From: a virus
Lineage: Duplodnaviria; Caudoviricetes
IMG/VR virus record: IMGVR_UViG_3300021131_000008
Location: 1-54,769 of that record
Strand: one strand, 5' to 3'
Length of the DNA stretch: 54,769 nt
The notes under the pieces: generated by a model
The model's database searches: none
Seen by the model: only the letters and a program-made list of their open reading frames with translations
What the model was told of the DNA's origin: nothing
Translations under genes and position numbers: made by a program
Shown here: positions 1 to 8,376 of the stretch, one piece after another
Numbering within the stretch: position 1 is the first letter of the stretch
Layout of the letters: each line of letters begins with the position of its first letter

Positions 1-99
1 GATAGTTTTTCTTCTCTATTGCTTCGTAAATACGATCAACAACTTCTACTTCTTGAACTGGTATTGGTATTGTTAATTTTTTAGTCATTAGGATCTACC
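1..99. repeat. 99-bp terminal direct repeat, copy 1 (circular assembly overlap)
   Basis: Bases 1-99 are identical to 54671-54769. The repeat covers the 5' end of the Cas4-like gene, whose RBS continues at 93-100. Confidence 0.97.
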
Positions 100-111
100 T
101 ATAATAAAGAC

Positions 112-157
112 GGGCTACTCGCTGCAGCATATCTACCTCCGCCATCCGCTTTCGCCC
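112..157 (-). ncRNA. Candidate structured RNA element between the SSB and exonuclease genes
   Basis: Minus-strand GGGC-GAAA-GC...GC-G-AGUA-GCCC: a closing stem plus GAA opposite AGUA (bulged-G/loop E-like), followed by U-rich GUCUUUAUUAU. Confidence 0.45.
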
Positions 158-165
158 TAAACTGG

Positions 166-669
166 TTAATCCCAAGGATTCTTTTTCTTGGACGAGGGTT
201 TCACATCTTTATCGGTCGGGATGTCATTCGTAAGATCATCAATCCCAATGGACTTAGTTTCAGCTTTGGGCTCTGTTCCGCTTACAACGTAACCTACGAT
301 ACGGTTTTTATCAGAGTACCCATTGCTGCCTTTTTCAATATCAACAGAGGCTTTGAACTTACGATCTATCAAATCATCAAAACTGTTAGCATTAGGTTTT
401 CCGCAAGCTCGTGCCCATGAGGCCACTTGTTCACGACCGATACGCTGAGCGGCTTCGCTTTTGTTGTGAATATTGAAGTTGTTCCAGATCTTACGACCCG
501 TGTGTTGACCTGATAAAACTTCAAACGTAGCAGAGATCATTTCTCCACCTGACTTAGTGGCTTTAACCTCAGCGTCTACACAAGACAATACGTACTCGCC
601 TTTAGGTAACGGGGAGTGATCACGTACATCACCAGCATAGTCGGTTAAATCGAATCCAAATTTAGACAT
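166..669 (-). CDS. DUF669-like single-stranded DNA-binding protein
   Basis: PLPKGEY, G.HTGRKIWNNFN and an acidic tail ending KKNPWD. Adjacent to the AAA ATPase, with an AAAGGAAAT RBS. Confidence 0.8.
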   Translation of the reverse strand: MSKFGFDLTDYAGDVRDHSPLPKGEYVLSCVDAEVKATKSGGEMISATFEVLSGQHTGRKIWNNFNIHNKSEAAQRIGREQVASWARACGKPNANSFDDLIDRKFKASVDIEKGSNGYSDKNRIVGYVVSGTEPKAETKSIGIDDLTNDIPTDKDVKPSSKKKNPWD

Positions 670-680
670 AATAATTTCCT

Positions 681-1421
681 TTATTTAGTTATAACGGGTA
701 TATGTTTTACAATCTCTTCCATGCTCATATCGAAAGAATCAGGGCAAGCGTAACGATTTTTTGCAATATATGCAGGGTTCTCGACTACATGAAGTAACCG
801 TTCACCCGTCGTTATACCACGATTTACAGTGTTGTTAAAACCTACGTCAGACTTCTTGACGATCACTTTGAAACCTGCATAAGCAATCACATCACACCAC
901 TCCTGCAACAGCGCGTTGCAACGGTTTGGCAGTTTTGGCGAAAATCGATCGTACGGCTCAGTCAACGGATTTTCATAACGAACCACATTGGCATGCGCTA
1001 ATAGAACGATATTCATACTTCTTTTACGACGTAGCGCGTCTAACCCTTGGAGGATCTCGCGGAATGACTCAGCTACAAATACTTGACCCTTACCGTAACC
1101 CAAGTCTTTGGCGTCGTGAGAGGATTCAACATCCTTCACAATCAGCGGCTCAACCAACCAATCCACTGAGTCGAGAACGAGCGTTTTGAAGTCATGCTCT
1201 TCTTTCAATAGAGTTTTGATAGATTCAACCACGTCATTTACTTCGGTAGCTTGAGGAAACGAAGTAACGTCCAAAGAGTCCAATCCGTTCTCGGTATTGA
1301 TAAAAATAGGATCAGGGAATTTTGCCGCTATCGTAGACTTACCGATACCGTGGTTACCGTAAATACAGATTCTTGGGGGAAGTTGTTGCTTGCCCTTTAT
1401 CAGAGCGTCAGTAAAACTCAT
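681..1421 (-). CDS. AAA_24 / Sak4-like phage NTP-binding protein
   Basis: Walker A GNHGIGKS, Walker B LVLDSVD, GYGKG, LLAH, EWCD and AKNR motifs. Confidence 0.85.
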   Translation of the reverse strand: MSFTDALIKGKQQLPPRICIYGNHGIGKSTIAAKFPDPIFINTENGLDSLDVTSFPQATEVNDVVESIKTLLKEEHDFKTLVLDSVDWLVEPLIVKDVESSHDAKDLGYGKGQVFVAESFREILQGLDALRRKRSMNIVLLAHANVVRYENPLTEPYDRFSPKLPNRCNALLQEWCDVIAYAGFKVIVKKSDVGFNNTVNRGITTGERLLHVVENPAYIAKNRYACPDSFDMSMEEIVKHIPVITK

Positions 1422-1434
1422 ATTATTTCCTTTA

Positions 1435-1794
1435 TTAAAAGTTTAAAACTATATTTTCATACTGAAAAGCCCGAGCGTCGAATTGTAGAACATTCAACTC
1501 GATACCAGGACTACTTTGCGCTATAACGCCAACGCAAATTGCTGACAGCTTAGGGTCTCCAATAATGCAGAGGTAGTCACCTTCGCGGAAATCTTTTAAA
1601 ACTTCTCTAGCATGTTCAACTAAATCGACCTTTTTGAGATCAATGTCAGTGAACACGTGTTCAATCGATCCGAATCGTGCCGCATCCTTGATAGTTTTAC
1701 GTGTAGAATTATCAACGATCCAGACTACGGTATATGCGTCTTCCATAGATGGTTCCTTTTCTAAATCGCCAAAGTCGAGATTAAGTTGTTTCAT
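1435..1794 (-). CDS. Hypothetical protein in the replication module
   Basis: 119-aa ORF with a strong RBS, overlapping the polymerase stop. Contains DYLCIIGDP. Function unknown. Confidence 0.7.
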   Translation of the reverse strand: MKQLNLDFGDLEKEPSMEDAYTVVWIVDNSTRKTIKDAARFGSIEHVFTDIDLKKVDLVEHAREVLKDFREGDYLCIIGDPKLSAICVGVIAQSSPGIELNVLQFDARAFQYENIVLNF

Positions 1795-3565
1795 TATTTC
1801 CTTTATAAAACCGGCTTGCGCCGATATCCGTTATTGTTTTAATTATAGCCTGAAAATACCAGTTGAAGTCAAGATCTTTGGGAATATTTTTAGGTAGGGT
1901 CATGCAAGCCTTGGCCCCATCGGTTTTTGCAACTTTATTTCCATTGGTTGCATAAGTGATTGGAGGGAGTTTTTCAGTGGTTTGATACCACCGTACCACT
2001 CTGCCTAAATGCTCATCTCCCTGAACTCCACCTCCTGTGACGTTACGTACGCTGATAAAGTCATTGATGTCTTGGCTCTTCAGCGTCTCCTCAAACGGAA
2101 CGCCACTCGCTAACCAGTTGGCTACAGCTTTAGAAACAACTGGTGCAGTAGGATTCTTGCTCAACGTTGGTGGACTATAAATACCTTTGATTTTTACGCT
2201 TCTATCTCCTTTCACCGCGTAATAATTATTCACATCTTTGAGCGCCACACAGCGGTAAAATGTAGCTTCAAAGATAAAACCAGTTCGCTCAGAAAACTCT
2301 TTTATAATCTGCTCAACTATAGCCAACTCAGATTTACGATAACGTAACATAATGCCGTCAGTGTTAGCCGATATGACTGTAATGCTTTCACTTTCAAGAG
2401 CTTCAATCAAGTTGAGCAAGTTCAGCTGACCAGTCAAAACGATATTGATCATAACGTCTGGCGAATAGAGTGGAGAAAACTTGTTAGCAGTTTTTCCAAA
2501 CGTTCCGTTCAATGCAATCCGCAATGAGTCCGCTATGACCATATTTTTAATTCGTTTACCTTCTAAACGGCGATAAAATAAAGTCCGGTACTCTTCCAAA
2601 AACTTTTCGCCTGTGTTTACAGGTATCAAGTTGCAGTTCAACATAATAGCGGGGTAGTAGGATGCTACGTCGTAGTCAGTTACATAATACTCATCGTCGG
2701 CAACGTAACAAACTTTACGGTCGTGCTGAGAGTGCAAACCGCCTACTCCCATTTGATAAATACCCGCGTTTATATTAACTAGATCGTCTTTCAAGAAGCT
2801 CGGCAGTTCAACATGACCCGTTGTAGGGCGAACATAAAACTCGTGCGCTGTGATACGTTCGGCTATCGCTTTCAACGCGGGTGTTTTGAATTTTATGAAG
2901 TCAGGTAGTTTATATTGAACAGACGCAGGTATCGAAGGTGCTTTACGTTTTAAGTTCAAACGTTTTACGAACATCTGCTCAGCCACCTGAGAGTCTGATC
3001 GACTTCTAGCATCGAACTTATATTCTCTACTGATTTCAAGGCGTAACTGCAATTGCCCCTGAAGTCGATTATAAAGTTCAGCGGTGGTATCAAGATCATT
3101 GAAACAGTATTTCAATACGGTTTGTTTTTGGTCGTCTTCAATCATCGCGTCATAGTGAAAAGGCAGATCTTGAATGACCGGCATATTCATACGAGCACCA
3201 TAAGTTTTTAAACTCACGAAACTCGGCGCTACTTCAATCAAATCAATGTGATCGACTTTCGGCATAGTGAACCCGTACTTTCTCTCTGCTTCCCACGGCA
3301 TCAAATTATTTCTGATAATTTCATCGCCTAACTGTTTTGTTTCAAGAAACGTTTTTCCAGAAACAAAATAAGCTATTACTGGCATATCATATTTATTACC
3401 GTTGAAACTGATAAACGTATTGTTTGATTTGAAAAGATCTTTTATTTGCGCGCGAGCGTCATCTTCATCTCCCCAGATATGAAAGTACGTTTTTGTGTCA
3501 AGAATCAATCCGCAAAATAGGAATAGATTCTTGAACACTTCCGTATCGAATACTATCGTTTTCAT
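1781..3565 (-). CDS. Family B-type DNA polymerase with N-terminal 3'-5' exonuclease
   Basis: Exo motifs FDTE, FNGNKYD and YCFND. Polymerase motifs DYDVASYYP, RIALNGTFGK and SANTDG. Confidence 0.92.
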   Translation of the reverse strand: MKTIVFDTEVFKNLFLFCGLILDTKTYFHIWGDEDDARAQIKDLFKSNNTFISFNGNKYDMPVIAYFVSGKTFLETKQLGDEIIRNNLMPWEAERKYGFTMPKVDHIDLIEVAPSFVSLKTYGARMNMPVIQDLPFHYDAMIEDDQKQTVLKYCFNDLDTTAELYNRLQGQLQLRLEISREYKFDARSRSDSQVAEQMFVKRLNLKRKAPSIPASVQYKLPDFIKFKTPALKAIAERITAHEFYVRPTTGHVELPSFLKDDLVNINAGIYQMGVGGLHSQHDRKVCYVADDEYYVTDYDVASYYPAIMLNCNLIPVNTGEKFLEEYRTLFYRRLEGKRIKNMVIADSLRIALNGTFGKTANKFSPLYSPDVMINIVLTGQLNLLNLIEALESESITVISANTDGIMLRYRKSELAIVEQIIKEFSERTGFIFEATFYRCVALKDVNNYYAVKGDRSVKIKGIYSPPTLSKNPTAPVVSKAVANWLASGVPFEETLKSQDINDFISVRNVTGGGVQGDEHLGRVVRWYQTTEKLPPITYATNGNKVAKTDGAKACMTLPKNIPKDLDFNWYFQAIIKTITDIGASRFYKGNNETT

Positions 3566-3816
3566 CTGTCCTGATTCACGTAAGCTGAAGTGGGTTCAGA
3601 ACCGTCATCGGGATTTTCATTAACCACTTCAATATACTTCTCTAAAAAATGCTGAGCTTTTTTCAAATCAACTGTTCCGTTCTTCTTTTTCCATCGCGTC
3701 ACATACTTCGTGATTTGAGCTTGAAAATAGTCAAGATCGTTAGCCACCACGTAGTCCCAGTGCTGTATCTCAGACTGGTAATGTTTACCGCCTACTTGCT
3801 TATCATTTGCTGACAT
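3562..3816 (-). CDS. DUF3310 protein (T7 gp1.7 nucleotide kinase-related / SaV-like)
   Basis: QVGGKHY...KYVTRWKKKNG..DLKKA.HFL signature. Start refined to ATG 3816 behind an AAGGAG RBS. Confidence 0.85.
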   Translation of the reverse strand: MSANDKQVGGKHYQSEIQHWDYVVANDLDYFQAQITKYVTRWKKKNGTVDLKKAQHFLEKYIEVVNENPDDGSEPTSAYVNQDR

Positions 3817-4783
3817 TTTCTCTCCTTTCAATCCATTCGAATACTGCCGCTTTCCAATCTTCCGCTTTTATCATTTCAGCATATTTATATCCGCTTCCTT
3901 TTTTATTTTTACGAACATGAGACACCATGGCCATTGGGTAGGCCACTTCTTTGAAAAACTTGTGTGTGTACTTTGTTTCATCATTGAACGGATCTTTACA
4001 AAACCGATCGCAATCATGCAAAAAGCTAGCCCAACCTTCTTCAAATAATGGATAAGGTTTCAACCCCAATATCGCGTAGTAGTCGTAAGTGCTACTCGAT
4101 GGCGGCTGCATCATATCTTTGCTCGCGTCATACAGATCTGCGTACAAATGAAGATTATTTGAGATCGTATAATAGGTTCCGATGGGGATTTTGAGTGCGA
4201 TGGCGACAAATTCTTGTAGAATTGTAAAGTGTACCGCATTTGCACCTGCATAACCCCACCAGAAGTCGTTTGAACGATTGTTCACCATTAGATCTAAACA
4301 ACCGTTTTTAATTGAGAAAATCAACTGTGTATTACAAGCACGATCTTTTGTATCGATAACCAAATCATTTGCATCCCAGAGCTGTATAACCGCTTGACGA
4401 GAGTCAGGATTATTAGTCAAATGCGCGATCAACATTACCAATTGATCTACACCAAACTGTTGGCGCATGCGGTAACCATAGGCCGCGTTGAAAACACGCC
4501 CATCATCGCTGTACGCTCCTATCCGAGAGTTGAACTGACTAACAAAAGCTAAATCGTTTCTTCCGGCTAGTATCCACAAACTTTCCATTAAATGAAAAAT
4601 AGGATTAGCATCGCGCTGTGCATAAAAAAGAACTCTTTCTGTAGGATTAAATACTTTAGTTAATACTGGCTCTGGCATAACCCAAGCCTCGCCATTGCGG
4701 GTACTTGTTTTCTTAGCCGATACTTTGAATCTCCAAAGTGCATCTTCGAAAAGCGTATTTATATTTCTAGCTGAAATTTCCAT
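3803..4783 (-). CDS. Thymidylate synthase-fold dUMP hydroxymethylase
   Basis: SRQAVIQLWD, catalytic ACN, NRSNDFWWGYAGAN (Asn at the dUMP-specificity position) and NNLHLY. Clustered with hypermodification genes. Confidence 0.85.
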   Translation of the reverse strand: MEISARNINTLFEDALWRFKVSAKKTSTRNGEAWVMPEPVLTKVFNPTERVLFYAQRDANPIFHLMESLWILAGRNDLAFVSQFNSRIGAYSDDGRVFNAAYGYRMRQQFGVDQLVMLIAHLTNNPDSRQAVIQLWDANDLVIDTKDRACNTQLIFSIKNGCLDLMVNNRSNDFWWGYAGANAVHFTILQEFVAIALKIPIGTYYTISNNLHLYADLYDASKDMMQPPSSSTYDYYAILGLKPYPLFEEGWASFLHDCDRFCKDPFNDETKYTHKFFKEVAYPMAMVSHVRKNKKGSGYKYAEMIKAEDWKAAVFEWIERRENVSK

Positions 4784-5643
4784 TAAAATGCCTTTTCTGA
4801 TTTATAAAGTTGTCTAGGAGCACCTTGCGTCAAATACGCACGCATATATTTATCATATTCGCACATAACATTTTGAACGTCATGAAGTGTTATATCTTTT
4901 AAATCTGCATTTGACCCTATTAACGCATTGCGTATGTCTAATAACTCGCTATTGAATTTCTCTTGTGTAATTTTATCCTTCAAATATCGATAGTGCAACC
5001 GATTGAGCCCTCTTATACTTCCTGGCCCTATCGGCGCCCAAGTAAATAAATCAGTAGCCTCATCAAGTTGATCTTTTATATACGACAAGTCAGCAGCCAC
5101 TTGGCCAGCTATAAATGTTTGTATACCAAATGACGTAGCTAGCGCGGTTGTAACATTTTCAATTGACTTGCTTTCAACTTGCTTTCTTATCTCGTCTTTT
5201 ATCTCGATGGTCGGCATTATTATATAATTACACAAGTTATACGCTTTTGTGTTACCTTTCATTCGAGTCGGATAAACTATATATGCACTTGAATACGTTT
5301 TTTGTTTCAATTGTTCAAGATCTTTCATCGCATTAAGAAACAGCTTCGCATCAAACTCTTCTACTGTATGCGGTATTGCGTTATATTCCATTAATTTTAT
5401 AAGCGTTGGCGGCCAGTTTATCAAACGAGCTATTAGCGCTCTGAACCAAACATCGCCGGTTGTACATTTGTAATAATTATCAAGTAACCACTTTGATACT
5501 CGATCATGCTTTCTACGTACATTACAAAATCGATACTTCGCAAATATGGGGTCGTTAGTCAACGACAACGCACCACGTTCTTTTCTCAATCTTATTGATT
5601 CACGTTCATTGACTATACTAATTAGCACCTCATAAAATATCAT
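4783..5643 (-). CDS. aGPT-Pplase1 / 5-hmdU DNA kinase helical-domain protein (HhH glycosylase-like fold)
   Basis: YRFCNVRRKHDRVS, FIAGQVAADL, GPGSIRGL and DVQNVMCEYDKY.R motifs. Start refined to ATG 5643 behind AGGGGTG. Confidence 0.85.
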   Translation of the reverse strand: MIFYEVLISIVNERESIRLRKERGALSLTNDPIFAKYRFCNVRRKHDRVSKWLLDNYYKCTTGDVWFRALIARLINWPPTLIKLMEYNAIPHTVEEFDAKLFLNAMKDLEQLKQKTYSSAYIVYPTRMKGNTKAYNLCNYIIMPTIEIKDEIRKQVESKSIENVTTALATSFGIQTFIAGQVAADLSYIKDQLDEATDLFTWAPIGPGSIRGLNRLHYRYLKDKITQEKFNSELLDIRNALIGSNADLKDITLHDVQNVMCEYDKYMRAYLTQGAPRQLYKSEKAF

Positions 5644-6220
5644 TTTCACCCCTTTTAAAAATATCAAGCGTTTCATTGAATGCGTCCATATAATCAACAG
5701 TTAGTACTTTTACGCCTCCCATTGCATGAAGATTTTTGCAAGCAGCAAAAGTCGACTTATGCGCGCTAATTGTATTCTGAGGATTAAATGGACGATCATC
5801 TCCACGCTCTTTTCTACGTGCTAGGACGCGCTCTAAGCAAAGATCCAAAGGTGTGTCAAGGTACGCAGCAACATACGCACCAGTAGGTTTCAACATCTGA
5901 GTGGTTATGGCGTTTGGCCCGACCTTTGAAATCAATAATCCTTCAAGAAGAACATGGCCTTTAGGATGCGCGGCTAGCGCACGATCAGCTATCTCTTCTT
6001 GCGTACTGATACCATCTGTTCCTCCGCAAGTGTTGGCGTAAGACCCTATCACATAGAGCTTTTTCGCTAACCCTTCGGATGATAAATCAACTTCATACCC
6101 CCAATGTTTTTTACCATTCGGATCGGGCAGAGTTACAGTTGGATAATCAGTAAGAAACTTACGTGCTACTGTAGTCTTGCCACTTCCACTAGTTCCTCTG
6201 AGCGACAATATTATATTCAT
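5630..6220 (-). CDS. P-loop 5-hydroxymethyl-dU DNA kinase (5-HMUDK)-like
   Basis: LRGTSGSGKTT, GSY..TCGGTD, LLEGLL and LDTPLDLCLERV..RR. Start 6220 has a GGAG RBS and an ATGA overlap. Confidence 0.82.
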   Translation of the reverse strand: MNIILSLRGTSGSGKTTVARKFLTDYPTVTLPDPNGKKHWGYEVDLSSEGLAKKLYVIGSYANTCGGTDGISTQEEIADRALAAHPKGHVLLEGLLISKVGPNAITTQMLKPTGAYVAAYLDTPLDLCLERVLARRKERGDDRPFNPQNTISAHKSTFAACKNLHAMGGVKVLTVDYMDAFNETLDIFKRGENDIL

Positions 6221-6429
6221 GAAGTTTTCTCCCATAAGATAACTTTCTCTAATGCTTGATAACGAAGTACTTGTAATTTCACTTTATCCATCGCTTTTTC
6301 AAGTTTGATTTTTGATGGCACTAACCAATCAGGAAAAAACGAGCTAACCATGAGCTCTCCTGCAGTAATCAATTTACCATTGTTATCCCGCTTTGCAGGT
6401 GGCGGTTTCTTGCCTATTATTAATCTCAT
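6217..6429 (-). CDS. Hypothetical protein
   Basis: ATGA overlaps at both ends within the operon. Confidence 0.6.
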   Translation of the reverse strand: MRLIIGKKPPPAKRDNNGKLITAGELMVSSFFPDWLVPSKIKLEKAMDKVKLQVLRYQALEKVILWEKTS

Positions 6430-6521
6430 TCTTCTCTCATCCAATTAATAAAATCAAACATCATATAAAACGCCATCCCACATGCGATTCCCTGCACGAA
6501 AATCCTAGCACCGTCCGTCAT
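6426..6521 (-). CDS. 31-aa small hydrophobic protein (not in the ORF track)
   Basis: AGGAGG RBS, translation MTDGARIFVQGIACGMAFYMMFDFINWMREE, and ATGA overlap with the next gene. Confidence 0.55.
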   Translation of the reverse strand: MTDGARIFVQGIACGMAFYMMFDFINWMREE

Positions 6522-6702
6522 TGTCATCCTCCTTTAACTGTGGCGGTATGGAAAAACGCTCTGGAAACGTCTTAATATACTCACCAACAGCGTCAGCCAT
6601 TGAACCAGCTTCACTTGATGCGCCAACTTTCATCACACCTTCACGCGTTGTTAGCCACCCCGCAAAATCATAGATGTCAGTTTCGGCAAGTCGATACGTC
6701 AT
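6505..6702 (-). CDS. Hypothetical protein
   Basis: ATGA overlap, GGGAG RBS, YDFAGWLTTR. Confidence 0.65.
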   Translation of the reverse strand: MTYRLAETDIYDFAGWLTTREGVMKVGASSEAGSMADAVGEYIKTFPERFSIPPQLKEDDNDGRC

Positions 6703-7064
6703 TTGTTTTTCTCCCGTAATTTTTCTTGAATTGCAAAGTAAACATCAGTAACTGTAAAACTGCTCCAAGTTTTCATGCTGTCGCAAATCATTGTCAATTC
6801 ATCTTGCGTCAGCCCAACCCATGTGCGTTGTGGTGGGTCTTTGTACAGCGGGATTCCAGCAGACCCATCCGTTACTTCTCGCCAAATGTTGTCAGTAAAC
6901 TTGGCAAATTTACCTACAGGCTCTTGCTCTGACTGCTTTAAGGATTCTTTAATCGCGGTAATGGCGGCATACATTTCTGGTTCAAAGTCAGCCAAAATCC
7001 AACCATCTTTATTGACGCGTTCAATAAAATTAAGCGCAATCTTCAATGCTTTATCTTTACTCAT
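6699..7064 (-). CDS. Hypothetical protein with a WVGLT module
   Basis: EQEPV...PLY..PPQRTWVGLTQDE...LREKN, translationally coupled. Confidence 0.7.
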   Translation of the reverse strand: MSKDKALKIALNFIERVNKDGWILADFEPEMYAAITAIKESLKQSEQEPVGKFAKFTDNIWREVTDGSAGIPLYKDPPQRTWVGLTQDELTMICDSMKTWSSFTVTDVYFAIQEKLREKNK

Positions 7065-7285
7065 TTGTTTTTCTCCCGCAATGCCGATTCAATGGCATCG
7101 ACAAAGTTACGCGCATATTGAGGCACACGCCCATATTGCCCATAGTTAAGCATCTCCATGATTTCCTCATCCGTCAGCCCTACCCATGTGCGCTGTGGCA
7201 GTTCTGTAACTAAAGATTCAATCCCGCCATTGAGTTCAACGGCAACCCTTATGGTTTTGTCTGAAAATGAAACTCTGATGGTCAT
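7061..7285 (-). CDS. Hypothetical protein with a WVGLT module
   Basis: PQRTWVGLTDEE...LREKN, with ATGA overlaps. Confidence 0.7.
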   Translation of the reverse strand: MTIRVSFSDKTIRVAVELNGGIESLVTELPQRTWVGLTDEEIMEMLNYGQYGRVPQYARNFVDAIESALREKNK

Positions 7286-7551
7286 GCTTGTCCCCTTGCT
7301 CGGATAGAAACGCCAATCTGATATGCCGCACTTGATTGAATGGGCGCAGTCAAAAGTGCATTTGTATTGAATAATTGACTATCCGCAATCCTTGCACACG
7401 CCTCACGCTCGGCTTCTACTGCTTTGCGTATCTCTGCTTCTAACCCTGCCTTTGACCACAGCGACATTGGGCCAATTGCGGCTGTTACTTTTTGTATTGT
7501 GCATCGCCCACCTGCAAGTTCGCGCAATAAAATTTCTTCATCTTTAGTCAC
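7282..7551 (-). CDS. Hypothetical protein with an EREAC...IRARG module
   Basis: EAEREACARIAD...IRARGQ, with a GTGA overlap. Confidence 0.65.
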   Translation of the reverse strand: MTKDEEILLRELAGGRCTIQKVTAAIGPMSLWSKAGLEAEIRKAVEAEREACARIADSQLFNTNALLTAPIQSSAAYQIGVSIRARGQA

Positions 7552-7814
7552 GATTGTCCCCTTGCTCGGATGGTTGCGGCAAATTCAGTTCGTGTTCCGT
7601 ATCCAACGTATTCCTCACACACTTTTGCACACGCCTCACGCTCATCAGCACGAGCGGCAAGACAGCAGGGTTTGTTGGGTTGTATCTCTCGTGCATCCAT
7701 CAGATTTTGCAATCTTGCAAATTTTTGTTTCCATGCGTCTTCTATTGTTTTTTGCATAGATTCTTCTAGTGATTTTGCGTAACGTTTGCCTATTTTTTCA
7801 TATTCATCTTCCAT
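7548..7814 (-). CDS. Hypothetical protein with an EREAC...IRARG module
   Basis: ADEREACAKVCE...IRARGQ and an AAGGA RBS. Confidence 0.65.
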   Translation of the reverse strand: MEDEYEKIGKRYAKSLEESMQKTIEDAWKQKFARLQNLMDAREIQPNKPCCLAARADEREACAKVCEEYVGYGTRTEFAATIRARGQS

Positions 7815-8118
7815 TGTTTTTTTCCTTTAACTTAGCTTCAAGAGCTACCATCAAATCTTCATCGTCGTGAGATGGGTCACCCCAACCCACCACATCCCGC
7901 CAAAGTTTATTGCGCTCCTCATCTGTCAGCCCTACCCATTCGCATGGTGGGTGTGTGTAAAGGGGTTCCCAATTACCTTCGGTTGGTCTGCCAGCAATTT
8001 TGATCGAAAGCCTACCGTCCGGTAGTTTAGAGAACCACGCCACAGGGTCTTTACTCATATCTCTTCTCCTATTTTTACACGTGCATCTTCTTCCTTGGCC
8101 GCAGTCTTGTGTACACAT
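7804..8118 (-). CDS. Hypothetical protein with a WVGLT module
   Basis: PVAW...PLYTHPP.EWVGLTDEE...LKEKN. Possible internal start at MSKDP (8058, AGGAG RBS). Confidence 0.65.
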   Translation of the reverse strand: MCTQDCGQGRRCTCKNRRRDMSKDPVAWFSKLPDGRLSIKIAGRPTEGNWEPLYTHPPCEWVGLTDEERNKLWRDVVGWGDPSHDDEDLMVALEAKLKEKNNGR

Positions 8119-8300
8119 AAATCCTCCGCTTTATGTCTAGCTATAATATTGCGTTGCATAAGATTTTTATTAAATATTGTTTTTATGCAATGCTTGCATT
8201 TCCACCTTTTTATCTTTCCCGACCAGTAAAATTTCCCCTTGATCTTTATTTGATGTGTTTGGCAGTTTGTGCAAAACTTCGTCTCTAGATCGCCATCCAT
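8055..8300 (-). CDS. Putative zinc-ribbon protein
   Basis: KFCTNC...RWKCKHC with ATG 8300 behind GGAG. The stop overlaps the ATG at 8058. Confidence 0.6.
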   Translation of the reverse strand: MDGDLETKFCTNCQTHQIKIKGKFYWSGKIKRWKCKHCIKTIFNKNLMQRNIIARHKAEDLCVHKTAAKEEDARVKIGEEI

Positions 8301-8376
8301 ACTTTCTCCATATTTTAGTAACGTCTGTTTGCGCCGCATTGACGTAAACGAAATTTTTATTAAGTATTGAAATCAT
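8170..8376 (-). CDS. Hypothetical protein (FVY..AAQTDV..IWRKYGW motif)
   Basis: ATGA overlap with the AADT stop and a GGGGGA RBS. Overlaps the zinc-ribbon ORF in another frame. Confidence 0.5.
   Translation of the reverse strand: MISILNKNFVYVNAAQTDVTKIWRKYGWRSRDEVLHKLPNTSNKDQGEILLVGKDKKVEMQALHKNNI

Noticed and set aside
1-99. 99-bp repeat as a biological terminal repeat
   Set aside because: It falls mostly inside a gene and matches a typical assembler k-mer length, so a circularisation overlap is more likely.
3803-4783. Ordinary ThyA or dCMP hydroxymethylase
   Set aside because: Asn rather than Asp at the specificity position argues against dCMP. The divergent RSND..WG..GAN motif and the neighbouring kinase/AADT genes argue against plain ThyA.
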